The translations under genes were made by a program, and so were the position numbers. This document shows positions 26,449 through 35,675 of a stretch of DNA of 64,000 nt, one piece after another. A model generated the notes under the pieces. The model did no database searches. It had not been told where the DNA came from and was given only the letters and a program-made list of their open reading frames with translations. Position 1 is the first letter of the stretch. Each line of letters starts with the position of its first letter. Source of the stretch: a virus; IMG/VR virus record IMGVR_UViG_3300036945_000814, positions 43,026 to 107,025 of that record, one strand, 5' to 3'.

Positions 26449-26858
26449 TGAGCCTTTTCCGCAAGAAGCCGAAGAACGTCGAGGCGAAGAAAAGCCCATT
26501 CGACGATTCTTCCACCTTGGGATCCATCCTGCTCCGCATGGGCAAGCTCACACGCGAGCAGCTTCACCGCGCCGTCGGGGTGCAGGCCCGCGCCGATGAG
26601 TTCCTGCTCGGCGCCCTCCTCGTCGATCAGGGCGCGGTGTCACAGGGCGACGTGGCGAAAGCCCTTGAGATCCAACATCAACTTCGCACAGGCTCCGGCG
26701 CTGACGCCGAGCTGTCCCTGCTCGAAACGGCGATGGACGAGGCGACCGAGGCGAACATCGCCCTCGCCGCGGCCATCGAACGTCGGAAGCAAGGGCAGCG
26801 CCGCCGGGGCGAGAACACGGGGCTCTTTCTCGTCCCCCCGAGACTGCGCACCGCATGA
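26445..26858 (+). CDS. Stand-alone MshEN-domain (c-di-GMP-binding-type) protein
   Basis: Tandem LGxxLLxxGxLxxxxLxxxVxxQ / LGxxLVxxGxVxxxxVxxxLxxQ motifs. Confidence 0.75.
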   Translation: MMSLFRKKPKNVEAKKSPFDDSSTLGSILLRMGKLTREQLHRAVGVQARADEFLLGALLVDQGAVSQGDVAKALEIQHQLRTGSGADAELSLLETAMDEATEANIALAAAIERRKQGQRRRGENTGLFLVPPRLRTA

Positions 26859-27367
26859 TCCTCGGCACCGTCGGCAAGCCCTTGCTGCTTGAGCTTGTGC
26901 TCGCCGACCGTGCCGGCGGGAAGTTCCCGCGCGCCCGCATCATCGACACCGTCGGCGCGCAGATCGGAAGCCCCATCGACCTCGTCGGCGCTCCGGCATG
27001 GACGGGGCTCTATCAGGGCTCGTGGGCGCTCCCTGCGGCCGGGCACTACTCGGTGGTCTTCGAGACGTACAACGACGCGCTGCACACGCTCCCGACCGAC
27101 CACGAGCCCGGCGTCGAGCACGTCCGCATCGTCTCCGACTTCGAGCTGTCGCTGCTCAAGCTGCTCGCCCACCAAGGCGAGAACGTGCGCGACACCATGA
27201 TCACCCCCGACCCGGCCACAGGCCGCCCGATCACAGCTCGGCGCAAGCTCTACGCCACCAAGGCCGACGCGCTGGCCGACGTGAACGTGGTCGCCACCAT
27301 CGACGTAGCCGCCAGCTACCCCGGCCCCCTGACGTGGACCGAGCTTGTGCGGGTGCTCACGCCATGA
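26855..27367 (+). CDS. Hypothetical virion protein
   Basis: ATGA overlap, 170 aa. Confidence 0.6.
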   Translation: MILGTVGKPLLLELVLADRAGGKFPRARIIDTVGAQIGSPIDLVGAPAWTGLYQGSWALPAAGHYSVVFETYNDALHTLPTDHEPGVEHVRIVSDFELSLLKLLAHQGENVRDTMITPDPATGRPITARRKLYATKADALADVNVVATIDVAASYPGPLTWTELVRVLTP

Positions 27368-27648
27368 GCACAGGCCCGAGCCCCCTCATGACCGGCGGGT
27401 GGATTCCCGACCAAGACGCGGGATCCGTGGTCACCCTGCTCGTTTCCGAGCGCGTGACCGGCGCCGTGGGTGGGGATACGCTCATCGGGGCGGCGCTTGT
27501 CGCCCCTCGCCTGTCGGGTGCCGTGTCGTCTGACACTTCGCTCGGCGGCGTGGTATCCGAGGGCCGGGTGTCGGGCGCTGTGCGCGACGACCGGCTCACC
27601 GCGCGGATCGTGAGCCTGCGGGCCACCGCGCGGATCAAGGAGTGCTGA
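27364..27648 (+). CDS. Hypothetical protein with short LxGxV repeats
   Basis: ATGA overlap at 27364. Confidence 0.55.
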   Translation: MSTGPSPLMTGGWIPDQDAGSVVTLLVSERVTGAVGGDTLIGAALVAPRLSGAVSSDTSLGGVVSEGRVSGAVRDDRLTARIVSLRATARIKEC

Positions 27649-27651
27649 CGA

Positions 27652-28308
27652 ATGGCAACGAAGGCGCCTGCGATCGTGGACATCGAGCTTGTTCGAGGCG
27701 ACTCGGACGACATCCTCGTCACGATCACTGACGACGCCTCGCCCACGCCGAACCTCATCGATCTGTCCCTCGCCACCGACGGCACCGCCGGCCGGCCGGC
27801 CATCGTCCGCTTCGCGGTCAAAAAAGATCCGAGCAAAGAGCTGAATCTCAAGGCCGCGGTGCTCAAGCTGTCCTACGACGCGAGCGAGATCGAGATCCTT
27901 TCCCAAGCCACGCCGTCGACGCGCGGCCAATGCAGGGTGAAGCTCGACAAGCCCGACACGTCCGACAACAAGGCCGGCGCCTACTCGTGGGATCTGGAGG
28001 TCACGCGACAAGACGTGCTCCGACCCGGTGCCAGCGTGGGCACGTTGGCCCTTGCGGCAGGAAACGCCGTGCCAATCGGCACAGGCACGTCGATCACCAA
28101 GGCCAAGGTCGGCGACGTCGTGCAGATCACGAGCGGAGCCAACCTCGGCCTCGCGTCGCTGATCACAAAGATCACCTCGGCGACGTCGTTCGAGACGGAG
28201 CGTGTGTGGGAAAACACAGACCCGAGCGCGACGTTTGAGATCCGAAGAGGCAAGAGCAAGACCGCCGTGCGCGGCGTCTTCACGCTCGTGCAGGACGTGG
28301 TGCTGTAG
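27652..28308 (+). CDS. Virion structural protein (Ig/BppU-like plus ubiquitin-like-fold insert, tentative)
   Basis: IELVRGDSDDILVTI..YSWDLEV..RGVFTLVQDV. Confidence 0.6.
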   Translation: MATKAPAIVDIELVRGDSDDILVTITDDASPTPNLIDLSLATDGTAGRPAIVRFAVKKDPSKELNLKAAVLKLSYDASEIEILSQATPSTRGQCRVKLDKPDTSDNKAGAYSWDLEVTRQDVLRPGASVGTLALAAGNAVPIGTGTSITKAKVGDVVQITSGANLGLASLITKITSATSFETERVWENTDPSATFEIRRGKSKTAVRGVFTLVQDVVL

Positions 28309-29345
28309 TGGCTTTCCAGCAGACGATGAGGGTCTATTTCTACTCGAACACGCCCGCGGCGCTGCTCACGAGCGGCTTCAACCGCATCCGCGTGCAGAGA
28401 AGCACCGACCGCGGCACGACGTGGGAAGACCTCACCGACGACACAACGGATCTCGTCATCGAGGCCACGCGGTTCAACTATTGGTTCAACGTCGACGGCG
28501 TGGTCGACTCGACCGACTACTTCCGCCCCGTGCTTCATGCCGTCTCGGGCATTCCCGCCGACTCGCCGCAAGCGCCGACCCAAGCCATCGACACGACGTT
28601 CGAGGCTGTGCTCACGATCGAATCGCTCAAGGCGGTCTACCTCTACGGCATCAACCTCACCGAAGACACGGGCGCCCCCTATCCCGACGAGCTTTACGCC
28701 CACTACATCCGGCAGGCGATCGACCTCACCGAACGCGAGCTGGACATCAAGCTCACGCCCACGAAGATTGTCGGCGAGCGGTACGACTTCTATCGCCGCG
28801 ACTACTCCAACTTCGCCTTCTTGCAGCTCCGCGAGTACCCGGTGCTTTCCGTCGAGAGGTACGCGCTTCAATACCCCGGAGCGCAGAACACGATCATCGA
28901 GTTCGACAAGGATTGGATCCAAGTCGACAAGAGCGCAGGACACTTGCAGGTGTACCCATCGACGGGCATCTACACCAACGCCTTCATCGCCAGCGGGGGC
29001 GGGTTCCTGCCCCTCATCTACGGCGGCGCCGACTACCTGCCGAACCTCATCGTCGTCGACTACACGGCTGGGTTCGAGCTTGGGAAGCTCCCGCCGGGCA
29101 TCCTTGAGATCGTGGGCAAGAAGGCGAGCACAGGCCCGCTCAACACCGCAGGCGACCTCATCGCCGGTGCCGGCATCGCGACCAAGAGCTTGTCGATCGA
29201 CGGCCTTTCACAGTCCGTCGGCACCACCTCGTCGGCGACGAACGCCGGTTACGGCGCTCGCCTGATCCAATATGAGAAGGAAGTCAAAACGCAGATGAAG
29301 CTCATGCGCGCCTATCTCAAGGGGAACCGCCTCACGGCGGTCTGA
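28308..29345 (+). CDS. Head-tail adaptor/neck protein
   Basis: ERELDIKL..ERYDFY..KSLSIDGLSQSVGTTSSATNAGYGARL, typical of the SPO1/Twort-type neck protein. Confidence 0.75.
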   Translation: MAFQQTMRVYFYSNTPAALLTSGFNRIRVQRSTDRGTTWEDLTDDTTDLVIEATRFNYWFNVDGVVDSTDYFRPVLHAVSGIPADSPQAPTQAIDTTFEAVLTIESLKAVYLYGINLTEDTGAPYPDELYAHYIRQAIDLTERELDIKLTPTKIVGERYDFYRRDYSNFAFLQLREYPVLSVERYALQYPGAQNTIIEFDKDWIQVDKSAGHLQVYPSTGIYTNAFIASGGGFLPLIYGGADYLPNLIVVDYTAGFELGKLPPGILEIVGKKASTGPLNTAGDLIAGAGIATKSLSIDGLSQSVGTTSSATNAGYGARLIQYEKEVKTQMKLMRAYLKGNRLTAV

Positions 29346-29348
29346 GCG

Positions 29349-30146
29349 ATGGCAACGCGCTTTCTCGGGCCACAGAAACCGCGTGTCGACTTCGAGCGAA
29401 GCGACTTCGATCGGCTCATCCGCGAGAAGGGCTATCGCATCATGTGGCAGGCCGCCGAGCTGTGCCCCTGCCGTCTCAACAGCGACACCGATCAGCCCGA
29501 TCCAAGCTGCCCGATCTGTGACGCCTCCGGCTACGTCTACACGTTCCCTGACCCCGCCGAGAAAGAGCTTGAGGACTACACGCGCGAGGTGCCGCCGTTC
29601 CAGTCGACGCCGACGGAGCGCGCGACGCAAGGGATCATGACGTCGATGACGCATGACCCGCAGATTTTCGAGAAGTTTGGCGAGTGGCTGCTCGGCACCG
29701 CGGCGCTGACGACGTTCTCGTGGAACAAGGTCGGGTTCCGAGATCGATTCAAGGTGTTGGACCACACGCAGGTCTACCGGCAGGTTCTCGTCGTCCCGCC
29801 GTCGCAGATTGTGCCCGTGAAGCGCGCCGCGCGAGCTTCGCTGCGCTACCCCGTCGTCCGTCTCCGCCGCGTCTTCGCCGTGACGGCGGCCGGCGTGTCC
29901 GTCGACTACACGGAATCGACGACGATCCAAGACGACGGGTCGCTGCTCGTGACGGCGCCGCCGGGCACCCGCCTGTCGATCAGCTACGAAATGAACCCGG
30001 TGTGGATCGTCGTCGACTATCCGCACATCCTGCGGGGCACGCTCATCCGCTTCAAGACCACGAAGATCCTCGGCGACAACGAAGTGCTGCCGATTCAGGC
30101 GATGGTCAAGCTCGACTACCTCTTGTCGGAAGGCAAAGAGCTGTGA
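29349..30146 (+). CDS. Head-closure/neck protein with Cys cluster
   Basis: FDRLIREKG..W..LCPC..PSCPICDASG; synteny. Confidence 0.7.
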   Translation: MATRFLGPQKPRVDFERSDFDRLIREKGYRIMWQAAELCPCRLNSDTDQPDPSCPICDASGYVYTFPDPAEKELEDYTREVPPFQSTPTERATQGIMTSMTHDPQIFEKFGEWLLGTAALTTFSWNKVGFRDRFKVLDHTQVYRQVLVVPPSQIVPVKRAARASLRYPVVRLRRVFAVTAAGVSVDYTESTTIQDDGSLLVTAPPGTRLSISYEMNPVWIVVDYPHILRGTLIRFKTTKILGDNEVLPIQAMVKLDYLLSEGKEL

Positions 30147-31033
30147 TCACCGAGATCAGCGTCGACGCCTTTGTGCCCCCCGGACTTGTCGCGCAGCTCG
30201 ACGAGGGCGCCGCACGCGCCGTGGTCCGCGACATCGCCGCGGCTGCGCGCGCGAAATGGATCTCGCTGGCAGGCGAGCACCTTCGGCGGACGGAGCAGGA
30301 CTACACGCGCGGGATTCAGCCGGTCGTCTTCGGCCAAGGCGGCATCATCGTCGCCAGCATCACGCTGCTCGGCGCGTGGCCGAACATGCTTGAGGCGGGG
30401 TTTCCCCCCTTCGACATGCGCACCACCCTCCTCGGCTCCAGCGTCCCCATCGTGCCGCGCGGCCAACGGGGCAAGCACGCGGCCAAGGGCGGCGGCTTCT
30501 ACCGCACCATCGCCTTTCGCATGACGGGTCCGTCGTCGACCGGCCGGAACGCCCAACGGGTCACCGACGTCTACGCCAAGCAGCTCGGCGCCGAGCGCGC
30601 GAAGAAGCTCGGGCGGGTCGCGTGGAAGGCGATGGGGGATCTCAACAAGAACCCGAGCACGTCGAACCCCGGCGAGAAGACGCGCCACGGCGCGCGGCTC
30701 AAGACGGAGGGCACCGTGCTCGACGTGCGCGGCCACAGCCACAAGCTCATCACGGCCGCGGACGGCTCGACGAGCATCATCCGCCACGGCGGGAGGCAGC
30801 ACGCGGTGCCGCTCTTTGAGGGCGCGATGAAGCACGCGCAGACCTACGCGCGGGCGACGCAGGCGTTCACCGGGACCATGCGCACGATCTCGACGAACCA
30901 ACCCGAGGGATGGATCCACCCCGGCTTCCACGGCGCCCACCTCGTTCCCGAGGTCACGCACTACATCAACCGCGTCGGGCCAGATATGGTCGCGGCGACG
31001 ATGGAACGAATCTCGGAGAAGCCCCGTGTTTGA
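30143..31033 (+). CDS. Neck/tail-completion protein
   Basis: GTGA overlap at 30143; PNMLEAGFPPFDM..RTISTNQPEGWIHPGF. Confidence 0.65.
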   Translation: MITEISVDAFVPPGLVAQLDEGAARAVVRDIAAAARAKWISLAGEHLRRTEQDYTRGIQPVVFGQGGIIVASITLLGAWPNMLEAGFPPFDMRTTLLGSSVPIVPRGQRGKHAAKGGGFYRTIAFRMTGPSSTGRNAQRVTDVYAKQLGAERAKKLGRVAWKAMGDLNKNPSTSNPGEKTRHGARLKTEGTVLDVRGHSHKLITAADGSTSIIRHGGRQHAVPLFEGAMKHAQTYARATQAFTGTMRTISTNQPEGWIHPGFHGAHLVPEVTHYINRVGPDMVAATMERISEKPRV

Positions 31034-31721
31034 GCGTGCGCTGCACCGCGTGATCGAGGAAGGGCTCGCCGTGCTCGACGCGACGCCGCCCCTGCTCGCG
31101 CGCTTCCTGCGCGCCCCCGGATGGACCGACGACGAGGTCGCCCGCATCGTCGCCTTCTGGCAGACCGAAGGCGGCCACCCGAGCATCGTCCACAACTACG
31201 CGCGGGCGGCCGCGTCGCTCCCCTGCTACGCCATCGTGCTCATGAGCGAGACGGAGACGGATGACTACCTCGGGCATTCCGAGGGCGCCGTCATGCTCGA
31301 CGAGGTCACGCAGCTCATGGCGGAGATCGAGGCGGAGATCGGCCGCCGCGTCAACGTCAACATCCGCGGCTTGCAGTTCACCTTTCAGATTTTCGTCTAC
31401 ACCGAGAACCCCGACGTCACCGCGGCGTACTTCAACGTGCTGCGATCCATCTTCCTCGGCGCGAACAAGAAGCTGCTCGACTTCGGCCTTGAGCGCCCGA
31501 CGTACAGCGGGATGGATCTTACGCAGATGCCGGCCTACCTGCCGGAGAACGTGTTTGCGCGCGTGCTGCAAGTCGTGGGCTATGCTCACATCCTGACGGC
31601 GACCGATCTGGATCTGACCCCTTGGGATCAGCTCTTTTCTCGGATCGAGGGCTTGCACGTCGCCAACGCCGTTGTCGGCGCCGACGCTCGGGTTCATCCG
31701 TTTGCAGAAGGGCAGGAGTGA
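31026..31721 (+). CDS. Probable tail terminator/completion protein
   Basis: Position before sheath; 231 aa. Confidence 0.55.
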   Translation: MFERALHRVIEEGLAVLDATPPLLARFLRAPGWTDDEVARIVAFWQTEGGHPSIVHNYARAAASLPCYAIVLMSETETDDYLGHSEGAVMLDEVTQLMAEIEAEIGRRVNVNIRGLQFTFQIFVYTENPDVTAAYFNVLRSIFLGANKKLLDFGLERPTYSGMDLTQMPAYLPENVFARVLQVVGYAHILTATDLDLTPWDQLFSRIEGLHVANAVVGADARVHPFAEGQE

Positions 31722-31723
31722 TC

Positions 31724-32017
31724 ATGGCGCGACGAGACAAGCCCGAAGAGAACGAGCCGGCCGCGGAGCCCGAAGCCGCTCCCGCGGCGCCCGTGTCGCA
31801 TGTGCTCGTCGGAGCTGCCGCGCACGACCCTCTCGCCCACCGAGAGCAGGCCGGCCCGTCGCTCCTCACCGCGGCGACGTGGGCCGCGGCCAAGAAGCTG
31901 CGCGCGGTCGACATCGCCGGCTTCCTCATGTGGACGAAGGCGAACGCGCCCGATCTCCTCTCCGCCGATGAGTGGGCCACCACCCTCGCGACGTTCCAGC
32001 AGACCCCCATCAAGTAG
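31724..32017 (+). CDS. Small hypothetical protein
   Basis: AGGAG SD, ATG 31724. Confidence 0.6.
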   Translation: MARRDKPEENEPAAEPEAAPAAPVSHVLVGAAAHDPLAHREQAGPSLLTAATWAAAKKLRAVDIAGFLMWTKANAPDLLSADEWATTLATFQQTPIK

Positions 32018-32025
32018 GAGCCCCC

Positions 32026-34299
32026 ATGCCGGCCACGCAGCTCTTTTTCAACGGTCGTCTCACCCCCCGTCCCGGCGCCTACAGCAAGGTCGACGCCTCG
32101 GGCTTCGACTCCGCTGGCCTCGGTGCCAGCGGCATCATCGCGCTGCTCGGCGAGAGCGTGGGCGGCAAGCCCTACACGGCCGTCGAGATCCCGCGCGACG
32201 ACTTGCAGCGCGCATCGAACACGGGGCAGGTGAAGCGCCTGTTTCGCTCGGGCGATCTGCTCGAAATGTCGCTGCCCATGTTCACGCCGGCGAAAGACCC
32301 TGAGATCCAAGCCGGAGCGCAGCAGGTCGTCTTCGTCAAGGTGAATCCGGCCACGCAGTCGCAGGCCGACTTCAACAACGCCGACGGCGCCGCCCTCCGC
32401 CTCAAGAGCGCCGACTTCGGCGCCTTCACCACGCAGATCAAGGCGACCATCGCGAACGCCACGAGCGGCGTCGGCAAGCTCGTCACCCTCAACTTCGAGG
32501 ACACGACCGAGACGTTCGATCTGCTCGGGAACATCGCCAAGTTCTCGCTCACCTACAACGGCGGCGCCGACGGTGCGACGGCCGTGCGAGCCAACACGCT
32601 CGCCACCGGCATCACGATCGAGTTCGACCGATCCGACCTCGGCCAAGACACGGCCGTCGTGCAGGCGCCCGCGGCAAGCGCGCTTGAGCTTGTGTCGTCC
32701 TCCGCGGGCGACACCACGCAAACCGCGACCGTCTACGGCCTCAACGGCAGCAACGTGCCCACGATCGCCGTCGTGCCGCTCACGGGCACCGTCGCCGCGG
32801 CGCTCGCGGGAACGTGGAACCTCGTGACGGCCATCGTCCTGTCGGCCGTCGCCGTGGGAACGGTCACCCTCCGCATCGGCGGCGCCGGCGCCACCGTTGT
32901 CACGCTGTCGCCCGGACAGGTGAACAAGGGCCGCGTCACGCTCGACATCCCGGCTGCCAGCAGCCTCACCGTCGAAGCGGATGGCGCGACCGTGCGCAAG
33001 ATCGTCTACCGGGGCCTGACCGCCGCCGGTGCTTCGCTGGCGGAGGTGGCGACGCTCAACGGGACCACCCCGGTCGCGCTCGCCGGGGCTTTCGCCCGGC
33101 TGACCTCGGTCGAGGTGTTGAACGTCGAGACGGCGCGCACGGCGGCCGTCAAGGGGCTCACCATCGACGCCCCGGTCGCGACCTACCCCAACTTGCAGAA
33201 GGCGAAGGACTTGATCTCGGCCAACCCCGACTTCACGTTCACGTCGATCATCGGCAACGCCAAGGACTTCCTCGTCGCCGACCTCGACTACGTCAGCGAC
33301 GTCAGCGTGCTCACGCCGACGACGGCGTCGTTCTTCGCCAAGCTCTTTGACATCGTGTCGGAGCTGAACAGCAAGTCGTCGCTCGTGATCGCGTCTCGTC
33401 TCTCGCCCGGCACAGGCGCGCCGACGAACACGGTCGGCGGGGTCTTCCTCGCCGGCGGCGCCGAGAACAGCCCGGCCAGCGCCGGCGACTGGCAGGCGGC
33501 CCTCGACAAGCTCAAGCAGGTGTTCGTCAACACGATCGTGCTCGGCACCGACGACGCCGCTACCCACGCCGCGGGCGTGGCGCACTGTGCGTTCATGGGC
33601 GGCGCGGGCAAGATGGAGCGGGACATCGTCGTCGGCGCCGCGGCCAACGAGACGAAGGCGCAGCTCAAGGCTCGCGCCCTCGCGCTCAACAGCCGGCACG
33701 TCCGTCTCGTCGGGCAAGAGGTGTCGATGTTCAACGCGGCTGGCGAGACGGCGTGGCAGCCGCCGAAGTTTCTCGCGGGCCTCGTGGCGGCCATGCAGGC
33801 GGGCACGTCCGTCGGCAACCCGCTCACGAACAAGTACGTCAACGTCCTCGGCTTCCGCCAGAACGCCACGATCAACGGGTGGAACCCGATCGACACGGGC
33901 GACGAAATGCTGCTCGCGGGCCTGCACTTCGTGCAGCTCGAAGAGGGCAAGGGCTTCAAGATCGTGCGGAACATCACCACGCACCTCGTCGACGACAACC
34001 TCGTCTTCGTCGAAGCGTCGATGAACCAAGCGGTCAACTTCGCGGTCTACAACCTGCGCACGCGCATGGAGACGATCGTCGGCAAGAAGGGGTTTGCGCG
34101 CACCATCAACGCGGCCAAGGCCGCCGCCGACGGCGTGCTCGAAGCCCTCGTGCGCGAGGAGATCATCGCGGCGTACAAGAAGCCGGCTTTCGAGCTGGCC
34201 CTCGACGTCCTGCGGATGGACGTCGCCCTCGCCGTCATCGCCCCCGTCAACTTCGTCCCGATCACCGTGAACCTCTACCCCCTGTCGATCACGGCGTAG
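32026..34299 (+). CDS. Contractile tail sheath protein
   Basis: FFNGRLTPRPGAYSKVD..ALLGESVGGKP..FRSGDLL..VGNPLTNK..IVRNITT..PVNFVPITV; AGGAG SD. Confidence 0.92.
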   Translation: MPATQLFFNGRLTPRPGAYSKVDASGFDSAGLGASGIIALLGESVGGKPYTAVEIPRDDLQRASNTGQVKRLFRSGDLLEMSLPMFTPAKDPEIQAGAQQVVFVKVNPATQSQADFNNADGAALRLKSADFGAFTTQIKATIANATSGVGKLVTLNFEDTTETFDLLGNIAKFSLTYNGGADGATAVRANTLATGITIEFDRSDLGQDTAVVQAPAASALELVSSSAGDTTQTATVYGLNGSNVPTIAVVPLTGTVAAALAGTWNLVTAIVLSAVAVGTVTLRIGGAGATVVTLSPGQVNKGRVTLDIPAASSLTVEADGATVRKIVYRGLTAAGASLAEVATLNGTTPVALAGAFARLTSVEVLNVETARTAAVKGLTIDAPVATYPNLQKAKDLISANPDFTFTSIIGNAKDFLVADLDYVSDVSVLTPTTASFFAKLFDIVSELNSKSSLVIASRLSPGTGAPTNTVGGVFLAGGAENSPASAGDWQAALDKLKQVFVNTIVLGTDDAATHAAGVAHCAFMGGAGKMERDIVVGAAANETKAQLKARALALNSRHVRLVGQEVSMFNAAGETAWQPPKFLAGLVAAMQAGTSVGNPLTNKYVNVLGFRQNATINGWNPIDTGDEMLLAGLHFVQLEEGKGFKIVRNITTHLVDDNLVFVEASMNQAVNFAVYNLRTRMETIVGKKGFARTINAAKAAADGVLEALVREEIIAAYKKPAFELALDVLRMDVALAVIAPVNFVPITVNLYPLSITA

Positions 34300-34334
34300 G
34301 CCGCCCGCCGACCTCCCGCTGAAAGGAAAGATCC

Positions 34335-34775
34335 ATGACCATCAATGTCTTCACAGGCCCGCGGTGTCGGTTCACCCTGAACGGCACCGTCATCGCCCTC
34401 GGGCGATCCGTGCAGGTGCAGGATGAGCTTGTGTACGACGCGATCAAGGTGCTCGACAACCTTGAGGTGCTGGAGCACGAGCCCATCGACTACAACTGCT
34501 CGATGAGCGCGGCCGAAGTGCTCATCGTCGGCAAGACCCTTGAGGCGCTTGGCTTCACGGCGCTCAAGGGGCAGACCCCCGCGGACCACCTCCGCAACGT
34601 GCTGGCGCTGCCGGACATCACGGCGCAGATCGAGGACAACCAAGGCGACACCATCGTCGCGCGCGTCTTCGGCTGCAAGATCAGCTCGCGGAGCTTCGCC
34701 GTCGACGCCCGCACGAGCGTCGCCCGCGACATTCAGTTTGTCGCCCGGCGCGTGGTTGAAGCGTCCGAGCTGTAG
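34335..34775 (+). CDS. Tail tube protein
   Basis: 146 aa directly after sheath. Confidence 0.85.
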   Translation: MTINVFTGPRCRFTLNGTVIALGRSVQVQDELVYDAIKVLDNLEVLEHEPIDYNCSMSAAEVLIVGKTLEALGFTALKGQTPADHLRNVLALPDITAQIEDNQGDTIVARVFGCKISSRSFAVDARTSVARDIQFVARRVVEASEL

Positions 34776-34835
34776 AAGCCGCGCCTTCCTTTTCAGTCTC
34801 TTGCGTGATACCTCCGACAGCGGAGGCATCACCCA

Positions 34836-35300
34836 ATGGCGAAGCAGAACGAAGCCCCGAGCACCCCGATCCTCGGAATGCCGGACCCCGAGCGCGCGCT
34901 CAAAGAGATCACGAGCGCCGACATCGTCGAGGCAAGCGCCTCGACGCCCTCGCCGATGGCGTCCGAAGAATACGCCTTCACCATCGATCACACCGACGGC
35001 GCCGGCGTGCGTCGCAAGGGCGAGTTCAAGAACCGCATCCTGACGATCGAGCAGCGGCTCAACATTTCCCTCCTGCAAGCCAAGCTCACGCGCAACACGC
35101 CGTGGGAAGCCTTGGATCCCGAGGGGCAGTACCTCACCACCGTCGTCGCGCACCTCACGTCGTCGCTCATCGAAAAGCCGGCATGGTTCAAGGTGAGCGA
35201 AATGCGCAACGTCGCCCTGCTCAACCTCGTCTATGCGGAGGTGGCGCGGCACGAGAGCTACTTTCGTGGCGAGCGCCCGATTGAAGGCGCTGGCGCGTAG
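34836..35300 (+). CDS. Tail assembly chaperone (G-like)
   Basis: Between tube and tape measure. Confidence 0.7.
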   Translation: MAKQNEAPSTPILGMPDPERALKEITSADIVEASASTPSPMASEEYAFTIDHTDGAGVRRKGEFKNRILTIEQRLNISLLQAKLTRNTPWEALDPEGQYLTTVVAHLTSSLIEKPAWFKVSEMRNVALLNLVYAEVARHESYFRGERPIEGAGA

Positions 35301-35670
35301 CGAGGCCGTCAACGTCGTCGACCTTCTGCGCGAGTGGTGGACGACGACGCTTGGCCGCCCTGACGACGACCGTCCGTTTCTCAAGCAGCCGCCGGGCACT
35401 GTGCTGCTCCGGTTCTATCGGCACGCGGCCAACGACCTCCGCCAGCTCAAGCAAAAGAGCGGCAAGGACTTCGCCGAGCTGCGCGAAATGGATCGCCTTG
35501 AGGCCATGCTCGACCCGACCGAGGTGACCGAGACGTTCGTGCAGCGCCTTGAGGCCGCTTGGCGCGGTACGCTCACCACCAGCGGCGACAAGATTTGGGA
35601 CGGCTGGCTTGAGGCCGTGCGGCTCGGCGAGATCCCCGCCGCGTGGTACGGGCCGGTGCAGAAGGGCTGA
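35263..35670 (+). CDS. Tail assembly chaperone extension (T-like), probably reached by frameshift
   Basis: Overlaps the 3' end of the previous gene in the +1 frame; no convincing SD/start. Confidence 0.55.
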   Translation, partial: FVASARLKALARSEAVNVVDLLREWWTTTLGRPDDDRPFLKQPPGTVLLRFYRHAANDLRQLKQKSGKDFAELREMDRLEAMLDPTEVTETFVQRLEAAWRGTLTTSGDKIWDGWLEAVRLGEIPAAWYGPVQKG

Positions 35671-35675
35671 GAGCG

